Made by a program: the position numbers and the translations under genes | Notes under the pieces: generated by a model | The model's input: the letters and a program-made list of their open reading frames with translations, nothing else | The model's database searches: none | What the model was told of the DNA's origin: nothing | Assembly (NCBI GenBank): GCA_963783305.1 | Contig: CAWAMW010000002.1 | Span: 352,001-416,000, forward strand | Origin: an uncultured Gemmatimonadales bacterium | Lineage (GTDB): Bacteria > Gemmatimonadota > Gemmatimonadetes > Longimicrobiales > RSA9 | Direction: 5' to 3' | DNA: 64,000 nucleotides | Shown here: positions 8,519 through 18,492 of the stretch, in pieces | Position numbering within the stretch: the first letter of the stretch is position 1 | Layout: the number at the start of each line of letters is the position of its first letter

Positions 8519-9901
8519 ATGAATCACCACTCCACGGCCGGGGTCGTACTGGCTGCCGGCCGATCGCGCCGGATGGGCTCGCCGAAGCCGTTGCTGGAGC
8601 TGCGGGACGGGACCTTCCTGGGCGCGGCAGTGGCCTCCCTGGCTCGTGGGGGCTGCGACCCAGTGGTGGCGGTGGTGAGCGACCCCGAGACCGCGGCCGA
8701 GGCCCGCCACGCGGGCGCCCTCGTGGTCACGGGGGATCCGGACGCAGAGCAGGTGGACTCGCTCCGGGTCGGCCTCCAGGCGCTTCCACCTGAGGCCACC
8801 GCAGCCCTGGTCCTGCCGGTGGACCACCCGCTGGTCGAAGCCTCGACCGTGCGCGCGCTACTGGATGCCGCGGCGCGCGATCCGGGGGCAGTGATCCGAC
8901 CGGTGCACGGCGGCCGGCCCGGGCACCCGACGCTCTTTCCCCGGTTGCTGTGGGCGACGCTGGCGGACCCGGCACTGTCCCGGGGCGCCCGGTCCGTGGT
9001 GGAGTCGCCCACCACGGAGAGGGTGGACGTGCCCGTGGATGACCCTGGGGTGGTGGCCGACATCGACACCCCCGAGGCGTATGATCAGCACGTGCGCGGC
9101 ACGGCGCGGCTCTCGCTGGCGGCGGCGGCACGGGCCATCCTGGAGGCAAAGAGTGGCGGTCCGGCGGTGGCGGTAGTCGCGCGGGTGGACGAGGTGGGCG
9201 GCGGATCGCGCCTCCTCGTGCAGGAGGGCGGACGCGTCCTGGGAACGCTGGGCGAGCCAGGGCTGGATACGGCGGGCCGGGAGATCGGGGAGCGGCTGCT
9301 GGCAACGCCGGAGGAGAGCGCCTGGACGCTGGAAGCGGGAGACGGCGAGATCACTCTCTTCGTCGAGGCGCACCGGGCCCCGGCCACCCTGTTCGTCGTG
9401 GGCGCCGGGCACATCGCGGTCCCGCTGGCCCGGCTGGCGGAGCTGCTGGCGTTCCCCGTGGTGGTCCTGGACGACCGCGACGAGTTCGCGACGGCGGAGC
9501 GGTTCCCGACGGCGGCCCGCGTCGAGCGCCTGGACTTTGCGGCGCCGTTCCAGGATCTCGCTCCCCGCACCGGCGATTTCGTGGTCCTCGTGACGCGAGC
9601 TCACCGCTACGACTTCGACTGCCTGCGCGCACTGCTGGATGCCGGGTCGGCACCCCGCTACATCGGCATGGTGGGGAGCCGGCGCCGCGTGCGCGCGGCG
9701 TACCGGGCGCTCCTGGCCGCCGGAGTGGCGAAGGAGCGGCTGTCGTCGATCCACGCGCCCATTGGTGTGGACATCGGGGCGGAGACGCCGGAGGAGATCG
9801 CGGTGTCGATCGCCGCCGAGCTGGTGGCGGTCCGTCGGGGCGTGGACGCGGCCGGGTCGCTCCGGGACGAGGAGCGGATCGCGGACCGTCTCATGGAGTA
9901 G
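8519..9901 (+). CDS. Fusion of a MocA-like Mo-cofactor cytidylyltransferase and an XdhC/CoxF family protein (Rossmann C-terminal part)
   Basis: N-terminus VVLAAGRSRRMGSPK...PVDHP...GHPTLF...DIDTPEAY reads with no stop into VVGAGHIA...DDRDEF...YIGMVGSRRR...APIGVDIGAETPEEIAVSIAAE. Confidence 0.85.
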   Translation: MNHHSTAGVVLAAGRSRRMGSPKPLLELRDGTFLGAAVASLARGGCDPVVAVVSDPETAAEARHAGALVVTGDPDAEQVDSLRVGLQALPPEATAALVLPVDHPLVEASTVRALLDAAARDPGAVIRPVHGGRPGHPTLFPRLLWATLADPALSRGARSVVESPTTERVDVPVDDPGVVADIDTPEAYDQHVRGTARLSLAAAARAILEAKSGGPAVAVVARVDEVGGGSRLLVQEGGRVLGTLGEPGLDTAGREIGERLLATPEESAWTLEAGDGEITLFVEAHRAPATLFVVGAGHIAVPLARLAELLAFPVVVLDDRDEFATAERFPTAARVERLDFAAPFQDLAPRTGDFVVLVTRAHRYDFDCLRALLDAGSAPRYIGMVGSRRRVRAAYRALLAAGVAKERLSSIHAPIGVDIGAETPEEIAVSIAAELVAVRRGVDAAGSLRDEERIADRLME

Positions 9902-10002
9902 CGAGCGGGCGCTCCCGTGAGCGGCTACTGTTAGGGGGCAGGCTGACAGCACGCGCACGAGAGCAGCCACTATCAAAGGACCTCAGAGGGCAACGCAGCG
10001 GA

Positions 10003-10335
10003 ATGGACGCCGACGCACAGGTTTTCGAAGCCATACTCGCCGCGGCCGCGGCGGGCCGGCGGGTCGTACTGGCTACGGTGGTGTCTGCGAAGGGGTCGAC
10101 GCCTCGCGGCACCGGGAGCAAGATGGTGATCGACCCGGCGGTGGGGCTGGTGGGCACGATCGGGGGCGGGTGCGGTGAGGGGGACGTGATCGAGGCCGCG
10201 AAGTCGGTGCTGGAGACCGGACGTCCGCGGCGGGTGCGGGTCGAGCTGATGGACGACGAGGATTCGTGGAGCCCCGCGGTGTGCGGGGGAGTCATGGACA
10301 TATTCGTGGAGCCAGTGGATCCCGATGTGGGATAG
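10003..10335 (+). CDS. XdhC/CoxI N-terminal domain protein
   Basis: LATVVSAKGSTPRGTGSKM...GTIGGGCGE...AVCGGVMDIFVEP. Confidence 0.88.
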   Translation: MDADAQVFEAILAAAAAGRRVVLATVVSAKGSTPRGTGSKMVIDPAVGLVGTIGGGCGEGDVIEAAKSVLETGRPRRVRVELMDDEDSWSPAVCGGVMDIFVEPVDPDVG

Positions 10336-11554
10336 ATACAATGCATACCTGCAGCGTCCGCCGGAGCTGATGGTGGCGTGGCAGGACAGCGAAACGGAAG
10401 CGCGCGGCTGGCTGGTGATCAACTCGCTGCGTGGCGGCGCGGCCGGGGGGGGCACGCGCATGCGGACGGGTGCCAACGCCCGCGAGGTCGGCTATCTGGC
10501 GAAGACGATGGAGCTGAAGTTCGCGCTCGCCGGGCCGGCCATCGGCGGCGCGAAATCGGCCATCGACTTCGACCCGCGCGATCCGCGAAAGCGCGATGTG
10601 CTGCGGCGCTGGTATCGCGCGATTGCGCCCTACCTCCGGGCCCACTACGGGACGGGCGGTGACCTGAACGTGGACGAGGTCACGGAGGTCGTACCCATCA
10701 TTCAGGAGCTGGGGATCTCACACCCGCAGGAGGGCGTGGTCCGCGGACACCTGCAGCCGGACGAGGAGCGCTTCGGGAGGGTGATCCGGACGCTGGACGA
10801 AGGCGTGGAGGCCCCCGTCAGCGGGTCGCTCGGTGTGGGGGACACGACGTTGGCGGTGGCGGACATGATCACCGGCTATGGGGTCGCCCGCTCCGTGATC
10901 CACTACCGGCAGCGGCTCGGCCTGCCCATGGACGGTGCCCGGGTGGTTCTCGAGGGTTTCGGCAACGTGGGCGCGCCGGCCGGGCTCTACCTGGCGCGGG
11001 CCGGCGCCCGCGTCGTCGCCATCGCCAATGTGGAGAAGACGCTGCTGGCGCCCGAGGGCCTGGACGCGGCCGCCGTGGAGCGGCTGCTGGTCACGGGGCC
11101 CCTCCACCTCCTGCCCGATGGCGACCGCTACCTGCAGGGCGACGACCACGATGCCTACCTGGACGCTCCCGCCGACATCTTCGTCTGCGCCGCGTCCTCC
11201 GGCACGCTCACGGGCGAGTGCCTGGACCGGATCGAGAAAGCCGGCGTCACCACCATCGTATCGGGCGCGAACCTGCCGTTCCGCGAGGCTTCGGCGGGCT
11301 CAATGGACGTTCACCGCGCCGCGGACGAGCGCTTCGCCGTGCTGCCGGACTTCGTGGTGAACCTCGGCATGGCCCGCGCCTTCAGCTACTTCATGGAGGA
11401 GGGTGCGGAAGCGAGCGCGGAACCGGTGTTCCGGGCCGTGGACGCGACCGTGCAGAGATCGGTGCGCGAGATGGTCGAGCGGGCGCCCCGTGAAGACCGG
11501 GGCCTCATGGGCGCCAGTCTGGGCATCGCGCTCGACCGGATCGGCGCCGCGTGA
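10325..11554 (+). CDS. Glu/Leu/Phe/Val dehydrogenase family protein
   Basis: SLRGGAAGGGTRM, GGAKS, TGYGV, Rossmann EGFGNVG, SGAN, PDFVVN. Confidence 0.82.
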   Translation: MWDRYNAYLQRPPELMVAWQDSETEARGWLVINSLRGGAAGGGTRMRTGANAREVGYLAKTMELKFALAGPAIGGAKSAIDFDPRDPRKRDVLRRWYRAIAPYLRAHYGTGGDLNVDEVTEVVPIIQELGISHPQEGVVRGHLQPDEERFGRVIRTLDEGVEAPVSGSLGVGDTTLAVADMITGYGVARSVIHYRQRLGLPMDGARVVLEGFGNVGAPAGLYLARAGARVVAIANVEKTLLAPEGLDAAAVERLLVTGPLHLLPDGDRYLQGDDHDAYLDAPADIFVCAASSGTLTGECLDRIEKAGVTTIVSGANLPFREASAGSMDVHRAADERFAVLPDFVVNLGMARAFSYFMEEGAEASAEPVFRAVDATVQRSVREMVERAPREDRGLMGASLGIALDRIGAA

Positions 11555-12645
11555 GTGGCGGCGGCCCGAACGGCAATGCGCCGATGATCACGCTGTACGT
11601 GGGGACCCGGCGCGGCCTCTTCCTCGTCACCTCGGCGGACCGTGAGTCCTGGAAGGTCGAGGGGCCGTACCTGGCCGGTCGGGAAGTGTTCCACGCGTTC
11701 CGGGATCCGCGTCGGCGCGGGCGCGTCTGGGCGGCCACGAGCCACAAGGTGTGGGGGTCGCACATTCATCGCAGCGACGATGGCGGGCGCGAGTGGTCCG
11801 TGCTCGAGGCCGCGCCGCACCACGCCGACGAACGGGGGCTCCGCGCCATCTGGTACCTCGCCCCGGGCCCCGCCGACCAGCCGAACACACTCTGGGCCGG
11901 GATCGAGCCCGCCGGCCTGTTCCGGAGCGACGACGCCGGCGAGAGCTGGACGCCATCGCCGCTGAACGAGCACCCCACCCGGGACGCATGGCAGCCGGCG
12001 GGCGGAGGGCTGGCCCTCGGCAGCATCCAGCACGACCCGGCGGACCCCCGTCGCATCTACTGCTCGCTGTCCGCCGGCGGTGTGTACCGCTCCGATGACG
12101 GCGGCGAGACGTGGCAGCCGAAGAACCAGGGAGTCCGCTGCGACTTCCAGCCCGTGACGTACCCCGAGGCGGGCCAGTGCGTACACAAGCTGCGCGTTCA
12201 TCCCGCCCGCCCGGAGCGCCTGTACCAGCAGAACCACTGCGGCGTGTACCGCTCGGACGACCACGGCGACAGCTGGATCGAGATCACGGAAGGGCTGCCC
12301 AGCGATTTCGGCTACGCCCTTGCCCTCGATCCGCGCGAGCCCGATACCGCCTTCGTCATCCCGGAAGAGTCCAGCCACATGCGGGCCACGGTGGACGGGA
12401 AGCTCCGCGTCTATCGCACCACGGACGCCGGCGCCAGCTGGGCTCGCCTGACCCGCGGGCTCCCGCAGTCGCACGCCTACGTGTCCGTGCTCCGCGACGC
12501 CATGGACCACGACCGCCTGGAGCCCGCCGGCGTGTTCTTCGGCACCTCCACCGGCCACCTCTTCGCCAGCCGGAACCGGGGCGAGTCATGGCGCGCCATC
12601 GCGGCATACCTCCCGAAGATCCTGTCCGTCACGACCTGGAGCTGA
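11551..12645 (+). CDS. BNR/Asp-box repeat beta-propeller protein (sialidase-like fold)
   Basis: Repeated RSDDGGxxW Asp-boxes; CVHKL and QQNHCGVYRSDD motifs. Confidence 0.85.
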   Translation: MSGGGPNGNAPMITLYVGTRRGLFLVTSADRESWKVEGPYLAGREVFHAFRDPRRRGRVWAATSHKVWGSHIHRSDDGGREWSVLEAAPHHADERGLRAIWYLAPGPADQPNTLWAGIEPAGLFRSDDAGESWTPSPLNEHPTRDAWQPAGGGLALGSIQHDPADPRRIYCSLSAGGVYRSDDGGETWQPKNQGVRCDFQPVTYPEAGQCVHKLRVHPARPERLYQQNHCGVYRSDDHGDSWIEITEGLPSDFGYALALDPREPDTAFVIPEESSHMRATVDGKLRVYRTTDAGASWARLTRGLPQSHAYVSVLRDAMDHDRLEPAGVFFGTSTGHLFASRNRGESWRAIAAYLPKILSVTTWS

Positions 12646-12653
12646 TCAGGAAC

Positions 12654-14120
12654 ATGACGACTCCGGATCACCCGCGCCTCGTCCTTCTCCGGTTCGCCGG
12701 TGAGCTCTTCATCAAGTCGCGCCGGACCCGGTCCGGGTTCCTCCAGCGCCTCCGGTCGAACCTCGAGGACGCCCTCCGCGACGTGCCGGGCGGCGCGACA
12801 GTCGAGGGTGGATGGGACCGGCTCTACGTGCGCTACAGCGATGAAGCCGTACTCGACATCCTGCCGCGCGTCTTTGGCATCAGCTCACTGAGCCCCATCG
12901 ACCGCGTCACACCGGCCGACCTGGAGGGCATCGTGGACGCCGGCGCCGACGTGTTCACCGACGCGGTGCGCGGCCGCACCTTCGCCGTGCGCGCTCGCCG
13001 GGCCGGGTCCCACGCCTTCAGCTCGGCCGACATTCAGATCAAGCTCGGAGCCCGGCTGCTGGAGGCGTCGGCGGGCGTGGACCTGGACCACCCGGAGGTC
13101 GAGGCGTTCGTGGAAGTGCGGGACCGGGACGCCTATCTCTTCTCCCGACGGATTCCCGGCGCCGGTGGGCTCCCGCTCGGAGTGGAAGGACGGGCCGTCA
13201 CGCTCCTGTCCGGCGGCTATGACTCCGCGGTGGCCGCGTGGCTCATGCTCAAGCGCGGCATCACGCAGGACTACGTCTTCTGCAACCTGGGCGGCGACGC
13301 CTACGAGCGAGCCGTCCTGCAGGTCGGGAAGCTGGTGGCGGACGACTGGAGCTACGGCACCCGGCCGCGCCTGCACGTGGTCGATTTCGAGGAGCCGCTC
13401 CGGGCGCTCCGGGAGGGGGCGAAGGAGAAGTACTGGCAGGTGGTCCTGAAGCGGCTCATGTACCGCGCGGCATCACAGGTGGCCGCCGAGTTGGGCGGGC
13501 AGGCCATCATCACCGGCGAGGCGGTGGGACAGGTATCATCGCAGACGCTCTCGAACCTGAGGGCGATCGAGCCCGCGGCGGACCTGCCCGTCTTCCGGCC
13601 CCTCCTGGGGTTCGACAAGGACGAGATCATCGACCGCGCCAAACACATCGGGACGGCGGGCCTGTCGGAGCAGGTGAAGGAGTACTGCGCGATCGCGCCC
13701 GGCCGGCCGGTGACCGCTGCCACGGTGGAGGGGGTGGCAGCGGAAGAGGAGAAGGTGGAGCTGCGGACCGTCTCGCGCGCCGTCGCCGACCGCCGGATCC
13801 TGGACCTCCGGGAGCTCACGTCCACCGACCTCGTGGCGCCCTACCTCTTCACCGACGAGGTGCCGGACCGTGCCGTGGTGATCGACTGTCGCCCGGAGTC
13901 GGCGTTCGGAGCGTGGCACCTGGAGGGCGCCGAGCGGCGGGACGAGTGGCAGCTGCTGCGGAAGTTCGGGAGCCTCGACCGCGAGCGCCGCTACGTCCTC
14001 TACTGCGCCCATGGCATCCAGAGCGCGCACGTCGCGGAGAAGATGCAGAACGCGGGGTACGAGGCCTACTCGTTCCGGGGCGGCGCTCCCGCCCTTCGGA
14101 GGTGGTCGGAGCGCGACTGA
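12654..14120 (+). CDS. thiI: tRNA 4-thiouridine(8) synthase ThiI with C-terminal rhodanese domain
   Basis: LRFAGELFIKS, THUMP domain, GGLPLG, PP-loop SGGYDS, TGEAVGQVSSQT, EYC, rhodanese LYCAHG. ATG at 12654. Confidence 0.92.
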   Translation: MTTPDHPRLVLLRFAGELFIKSRRTRSGFLQRLRSNLEDALRDVPGGATVEGGWDRLYVRYSDEAVLDILPRVFGISSLSPIDRVTPADLEGIVDAGADVFTDAVRGRTFAVRARRAGSHAFSSADIQIKLGARLLEASAGVDLDHPEVEAFVEVRDRDAYLFSRRIPGAGGLPLGVEGRAVTLLSGGYDSAVAAWLMLKRGITQDYVFCNLGGDAYERAVLQVGKLVADDWSYGTRPRLHVVDFEEPLRALREGAKEKYWQVVLKRLMYRAASQVAAELGGQAIITGEAVGQVSSQTLSNLRAIEPAADLPVFRPLLGFDKDEIIDRAKHIGTAGLSEQVKEYCAIAPGRPVTAATVEGVAAEEEKVELRTVSRAVADRRILDLRELTSTDLVAPYLFTDEVPDRAVVIDCRPESAFGAWHLEGAERRDEWQLLRKFGSLDRERRYVLYCAHGIQSAHVAEKMQNAGYEAYSFRGGAPALRRWSERD

Positions 14121-14147
14121 CGCTTCAGCCGGCGGTATCGCTCCCGC

Positions 14148-15128
14148 TCACCAGCGGAGCACGACCTTCCCGAACGTCTCGTTGGACTCGAGGAGCCGAT
14201 GGGCCTCAGCGGCCTCGGCCATGGGGAGGACCTGGTGGATCGGCGGGCGCGCCTCGCCGCGGGCCACCAGCGCGAGGCCGTCCCTGGAAAACGCGCGGGT
14301 GGCGGCGGCCTTCTCGGCGCTCGACCGGCTGCGCAGAACGGTGCCGGTGATCGTCAGCCGCTTGCGGAGCAGCACGCCCATATCGAGGTCGGCCGACCGG
14401 CCGCGCGTCAGCCCCACCACCACGATCCGCCCGAGCGAAGCCACACAGCGCAGGTCTTCCTCCAGGTAGTCGCCCCCGACCAGCTCGAGAATGGCCTCGA
14501 CTCCGCGGCCTGCGGTGAGCGAGCGCACCGCATCGGAAAACGCGCCGTCCTCGGGGTGAATCCCCTCGTCGAGCCCCAACTCCCGCGCCCGCTCGATCTT
14601 CCACGCGCTCCGGGACGTGCCGATAACGCGCACCCCCCACGCCTTCGCCAGCTGGAGGGCGGCGGTGCCGACACCGCTCCCCACTGCGTGGACCAGGAGC
14701 GTCTCTCCTGAGCGCAAACCCAGCCGCGCGCGAAGCGCGTCATGGGCTGTAATGAAGGCCTCGGGTACCGCGGCGGCGACCTCCGCGGCGAGCCCATCCG
14801 GTACCGCCAATGCCTCGTCCGCCGGGACCACCACGTACTCGGCGCACGCGCCGCCACCCGTGAGACCCATCACGCGATCCCCCGGCGCCCAGACCGTCAC
14901 GTGGTGACCCACGCGCTCGACGACCCCAGCGTACTCCAGGCCCGGGATGTCGCGGGGCGCGCCATCGGGGGCGGGGTAATGGCCCTGGCGCTGGAGCAGG
15001 TCGGCGCGGTTAACGCCGGCGGCCTCCACGCGGACGCGGACCTCGCCGGGGCCGGGCTCCGGGTCCGCAACATCGAGGAGCCTGAGCACGTCGGGTGCGC
15101 CAGGCTCCGTGATCACCACCGCTCTCAT
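14148..15128 (-). CDS. NAD(P)H-quinone oxidoreductase (PIG3/zeta-crystallin MDR family)
   Basis: GVNRADLLQRQGHYP, PGLEYAG, VHAVGSGVGT, FGKVVL. Confidence 0.92.
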   Translation of the reverse strand: MRAVVITEPGAPDVLRLLDVADPEPGPGEVRVRVEAAGVNRADLLQRQGHYPAPDGAPRDIPGLEYAGVVERVGHHVTVWAPGDRVMGLTGGGACAEYVVVPADEALAVPDGLAAEVAAAVPEAFITAHDALRARLGLRSGETLLVHAVGSGVGTAALQLAKAWGVRVIGTSRSAWKIERARELGLDEGIHPEDGAFSDAVRSLTAGRGVEAILELVGGDYLEEDLRCVASLGRIVVVGLTRGRSADLDMGVLLRKRLTITGTVLRSRSSAEKAAATRAFSRDGLALVARGEARPPIHQVLPMAEAAEAHRLLESNETFGKVVLRW

Positions 15129-15149
15129 GGTCCTCCGCCGCGCGAAGGG

Positions 15150-15419
15150 CTACAGCGCCTTGCGCGCCACCAGGTGGTAGATGAAGGGGAAAAACAGCGC
15201 CCCGAGCACCGCCCCGACCAGCGCCCCGAAACGGATCGGCGTGGGGTCGTGGGCCACGTAGGGCGCGGTGCCGAGCATGCCGCCAATGAAGGCGCCCGCC
15301 ACACCGAAGAAGATGCTCAGGAAGACGGTGGTCGTCGGCCCGCGGTACACGGCGCCGACGAGGAGTCCCGCGCCGATCCCGAGCGCCAGCCAGATCAGGA
15401 AACCAATCACGAAGGTCAT
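15150..15419 (-). CDS. GlsB/YeaQ/YmgE (transglycosylase-associated) small membrane protein
   Basis: Three Gly-rich hydrophobic segments; GVAGAFIGG and GAVLGA patterns. Confidence 0.65.
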   Translation of the reverse strand: MTFVIGFLIWLALGIGAGLLVGAVYRGPTTTVFLSIFFGVAGAFIGGMLGTAPYVAHDPTPIRFGALVGAVLGALFFPFIYHLVARKAL

Positions 15420-15501
15420 AGGGCGGGGATATACACGGCGGCAGCACGACACGCAAGCCCGGAGGGCGTCCGCTTTTCCGTGCTCCCGGACCCGCCGCCA
15501 G

Positions 15502-16803
15502 TCACCCGGTCACATCGCCCGCGGACAGCGCCGAGTCGTCGTCCATCTCCGCCCGGTGGGTGGGGGCCGGGATGCGCGTGGCCAGGATCGCGGCCAGCAC
15601 CACCAGCGCCGACCCGACCACAAAGGGGCTCCCGATCCCGACCCGTTCGAACAGGAGTCCGGCCCCTACCGGACCCAGCACGCGCCCCACTCCGCCGACC
15701 ACCTGCTGGCCTCCGAGCATAGCGCCCTGCGAGTCGCGGTCGCTCTCCTGCGATACGAGGCTCGCCAGCGATGGGAACGTCAGTCCCGTGGCGAGCGCCC
15801 AGAAGGGCACCATGGCGAACATCAGCGACGGATCCGGCAGCAGTGGGATCGCGAAGAGCGTCGCCGCCAGCACCAGCGTTCCGGCCCGGACGATCCACCG
15901 CTCGCCGAACCGGCGAGCGAGCCACCCCACGATCAGCCCCCGGACCACGACCGTGGTACCGCCGGCCGTGGCGAAGATCACGCCCATGTCCATGGCATCC
16001 ATGCCGTGGGCCCGCTCCGCGTACAGCGCCAGCACCGACGTCATCGCCGTGAAGGACATGATCGACAGGAAGTACACCAGGAGCAGCAGTCCGACCGGGA
16101 AGCTCACGAGCGCAGCGACCCAGCGCCGTAGCGTCCCCGCCTGCGCCGCAGCGGGTGCCCCCCGCTCCTCCACCCCCGCGGCCGCCCCTCGATCCGCACC
16201 CTCCGCCGCACCCTCCGCGTACCTGTTCTCCGCCGCGCGGCTGGCCTGGGTGCCACGCCGGGACTCGGGCAGGAAGAACAACGCCGCCACTCCGTTGACC
16301 ACGCAGAGTCCCGCGGCGATGAACCCCGGCACCGCATAGCCGAAACCGCTGAAATAGCCGCCGATCGCCGGGCCGATGAGGATCCCCAGACCGGACGCGG
16401 CGCCGAGCATCCCCATCCCGTGAGCCCGGTCAGCCGGACCGGTCGTGTCGGCGACGTACGCCTGGGCCACCGAGATCGTGCCGCCCGCCGCGCCCGCCGC
16501 AATGCGGGAGACGAAGAGCGCCAGGAGCGATGCGGCGAAGCCGAAAATGACGTAGGAGACGGCCGACGCGAACAGGCCGGCGATGATAAACGGCCTGCGG
16601 CCCAGGCGGTCCGACAGCCGCCCCCAGATGGGCACGGCCACGAACTGCATGGCGGAGAACGAAGCGATGAGCAGGGTCACCTGGAATGGAGACGCCCCGA
16701 ACTCCTCTGCGTAGTACGGCAGCAGCGGGAGCACGATCCCGAACCCCACCATGTCCACCAGGACGGTGACGAAGAGAATGGCGAGCCGGGATGTCTTGAG
16801 CAT
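15502..16803 (-). CDS. MFS transporter (TetA/DHA1-like)
   Basis: VDMVGFGIVLPLLP, motif A GRLSDRLGRRP, GPAIGG; about 12 hydrophobic segments. Confidence 0.9.
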   Translation of the reverse strand: MLKTSRLAILFVTVLVDMVGFGIVLPLLPYYAEEFGASPFQVTLLIASFSAMQFVAVPIWGRLSDRLGRRPFIIAGLFASAVSYVIFGFAASLLALFVSRIAAGAAGGTISVAQAYVADTTGPADRAHGMGMLGAASGLGILIGPAIGGYFSGFGYAVPGFIAAGLCVVNGVAALFFLPESRRGTQASRAAENRYAEGAAEGADRGAAAGVEERGAPAAAQAGTLRRWVAALVSFPVGLLLLVYFLSIMSFTAMTSVLALYAERAHGMDAMDMGVIFATAGGTTVVVRGLIVGWLARRFGERWIVRAGTLVLAATLFAIPLLPDPSLMFAMVPFWALATGLTFPSLASLVSQESDRDSQGAMLGGQQVVGGVGRVLGPVGAGLLFERVGIGSPFVVGSALVVLAAILATRIPAPTHRAEMDDDSALSAGDVTG

Positions 16804-16939
16804 CTGTACGCGCGGGGCGCGGTGCGAGAGTGCTTGTACGGCGAAAGGGCAGGACCTACATTGCTCCCTGATCAGTCCCCCCCTCGACCGGGCCTGTCGA
16901 TCAGACCAGGGAGGGTTTCCGGGACGGCTACCCGATGCC

Positions 16940-18439
16940 ATGCTTCGCCGACCAGCCCAGAGCGTAACCGACTTCCAGGAACGGTACGATGTCCTCCTCG
17001 ACATCGGACGCGTCCTCACGGCCACGCTCGAGCCGCACGAGCTCTATCGCACGATCTACGAGCAGGCGAGCCGGGTCCTGGAGACCACCGGTTTCTACAT
17101 CTCCCTCTACGAACCCGACGACGACCAGGCGACCGTGGTATTCTTCGCCGATCGGGGCGTGATCGAGCGGCCGGGAACAACCTACCGGGGGTCGGAGAGC
17201 CGCGCCATACGTGACCGCGAGCCGGTGCTGGAGGATCTGACTCGCTCGGATCGGGGAATCGTGCTCCTTGGCTCGGACCACGACGAGGAGCTCACCCGCT
17301 CCATCATCGCGGCGCCCATGATCCACGAGCGCCAGGTCCTCGGCGTCATCAGCGCCCAGAGCTACAGCGCCGCCGCCTACTCCGAGGACGACCTCAAGCT
17401 CCTGACCGCCCTCGCCGATCTCTCCGCCGTGGCGGTCTGGAACGCGCGCACCGTAAAGGAGCTGGAACAGACGACCCGCGAGCTGGAGCGGATGGCCGAA
17501 GTGACCCGCGCCATCACGTCCTCCCTGGATCTCAGCGAGGTGCTCCAGCGGATCGTCCGCGCCACACGCGACCTGGTGCGGTCGGACGGGTCCGGCGTGT
17601 GGCTGCTCCGCCCCGATGCCCGTGCGGAGCTGGCGATCGCCGTGGGCGACATGGCGTTGCCCGTCGGGATCAGCGTCCCCATTACCGAGGAGGTGCACCG
17701 CCGGCTTCGGGACTCGCGCGAGCCCATCATCCTCGATGGGGAACCCATGCAATCGATGCTCCCGCCCGAGATCAGGGAGCTCATGACCGCGGCCAGCGGG
17801 GTCGCCGTTCCACTCCTCGCCGATGGCGAGCTGATTGGCGCCCTTTCCGTCAGCCATATCGAGCGGCATCGCTATTCGGCCCGTGTCATCCGCCTCCTTC
17901 AGCGCCTGGCGGTGCACGCGGCCGTGGCCGTGGCCAACGCGCGGCTCCACGAGCAGGTCCGGACCCTGTCACTCACGGACCCGCTCACTCACCTCCCCAA
18001 CCGCCGCCACATGGACATGTTCCTCGCCAAGGAGTTCGCCGCGGCCGAGCGCGGCCGGAGCCTCACCGTGGTCCTCTTCGACCTCAACGACTTCAAGCAG
18101 TACAACGACACCGCCGGACACCAGGCGGGCGACACGGTGCTGCAACGGTTCGCCGAACTGATGGCGGGCGAGACGCGCGCCATGAACCTCGCCGCCCGCT
18201 ACGGCGGCGACGAGTTCATCTGCATCCTCTCCGACACCGACGAGGAGGGCGGCGCCATCCATGCCGGCCGCGTCATGAAGGCCGTCCGCGAGGACGCCGC
18301 CATGGGCGCGGTAAGCGTCAGCGCCGGCGTGGCCACGTTCGAGGATGGGATGACCACGTCCGATGACCTCATCCGCAGGGCCGATGAGGCGCTCTACCGC
18401 GCCAAGTCCGCCCGCGATGGGAAGACCGTCACCTCCTGA
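16940..18439 (+). CDS. Diguanylate cyclase with two GAF domains
   Basis: Two GAF domains ending in AVWNAR and AVANARL, then TDPLTHLPNRR, FKQYND, RYGGDEF, ADEALYRAK. Confidence 0.92.
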   Translation: MLRRPAQSVTDFQERYDVLLDIGRVLTATLEPHELYRTIYEQASRVLETTGFYISLYEPDDDQATVVFFADRGVIERPGTTYRGSESRAIRDREPVLEDLTRSDRGIVLLGSDHDEELTRSIIAAPMIHERQVLGVISAQSYSAAAYSEDDLKLLTALADLSAVAVWNARTVKELEQTTRELERMAEVTRAITSSLDLSEVLQRIVRATRDLVRSDGSGVWLLRPDARAELAIAVGDMALPVGISVPITEEVHRRLRDSREPIILDGEPMQSMLPPEIRELMTAASGVAVPLLADGELIGALSVSHIERHRYSARVIRLLQRLAVHAAVAVANARLHEQVRTLSLTDPLTHLPNRRHMDMFLAKEFAAAERGRSLTVVLFDLNDFKQYNDTAGHQAGDTVLQRFAELMAGETRAMNLAARYGGDEFICILSDTDEEGGAIHAGRVMKAVREDAAMGAVSVSAGVATFEDGMTTSDDLIRRADEALYRAKSARDGKTVTS

Positions 18440-18492
18440 GATCGTCCCAATCCGCTATCGCTGGACTCGCCGCCACACCCGATCTTGTTCTC

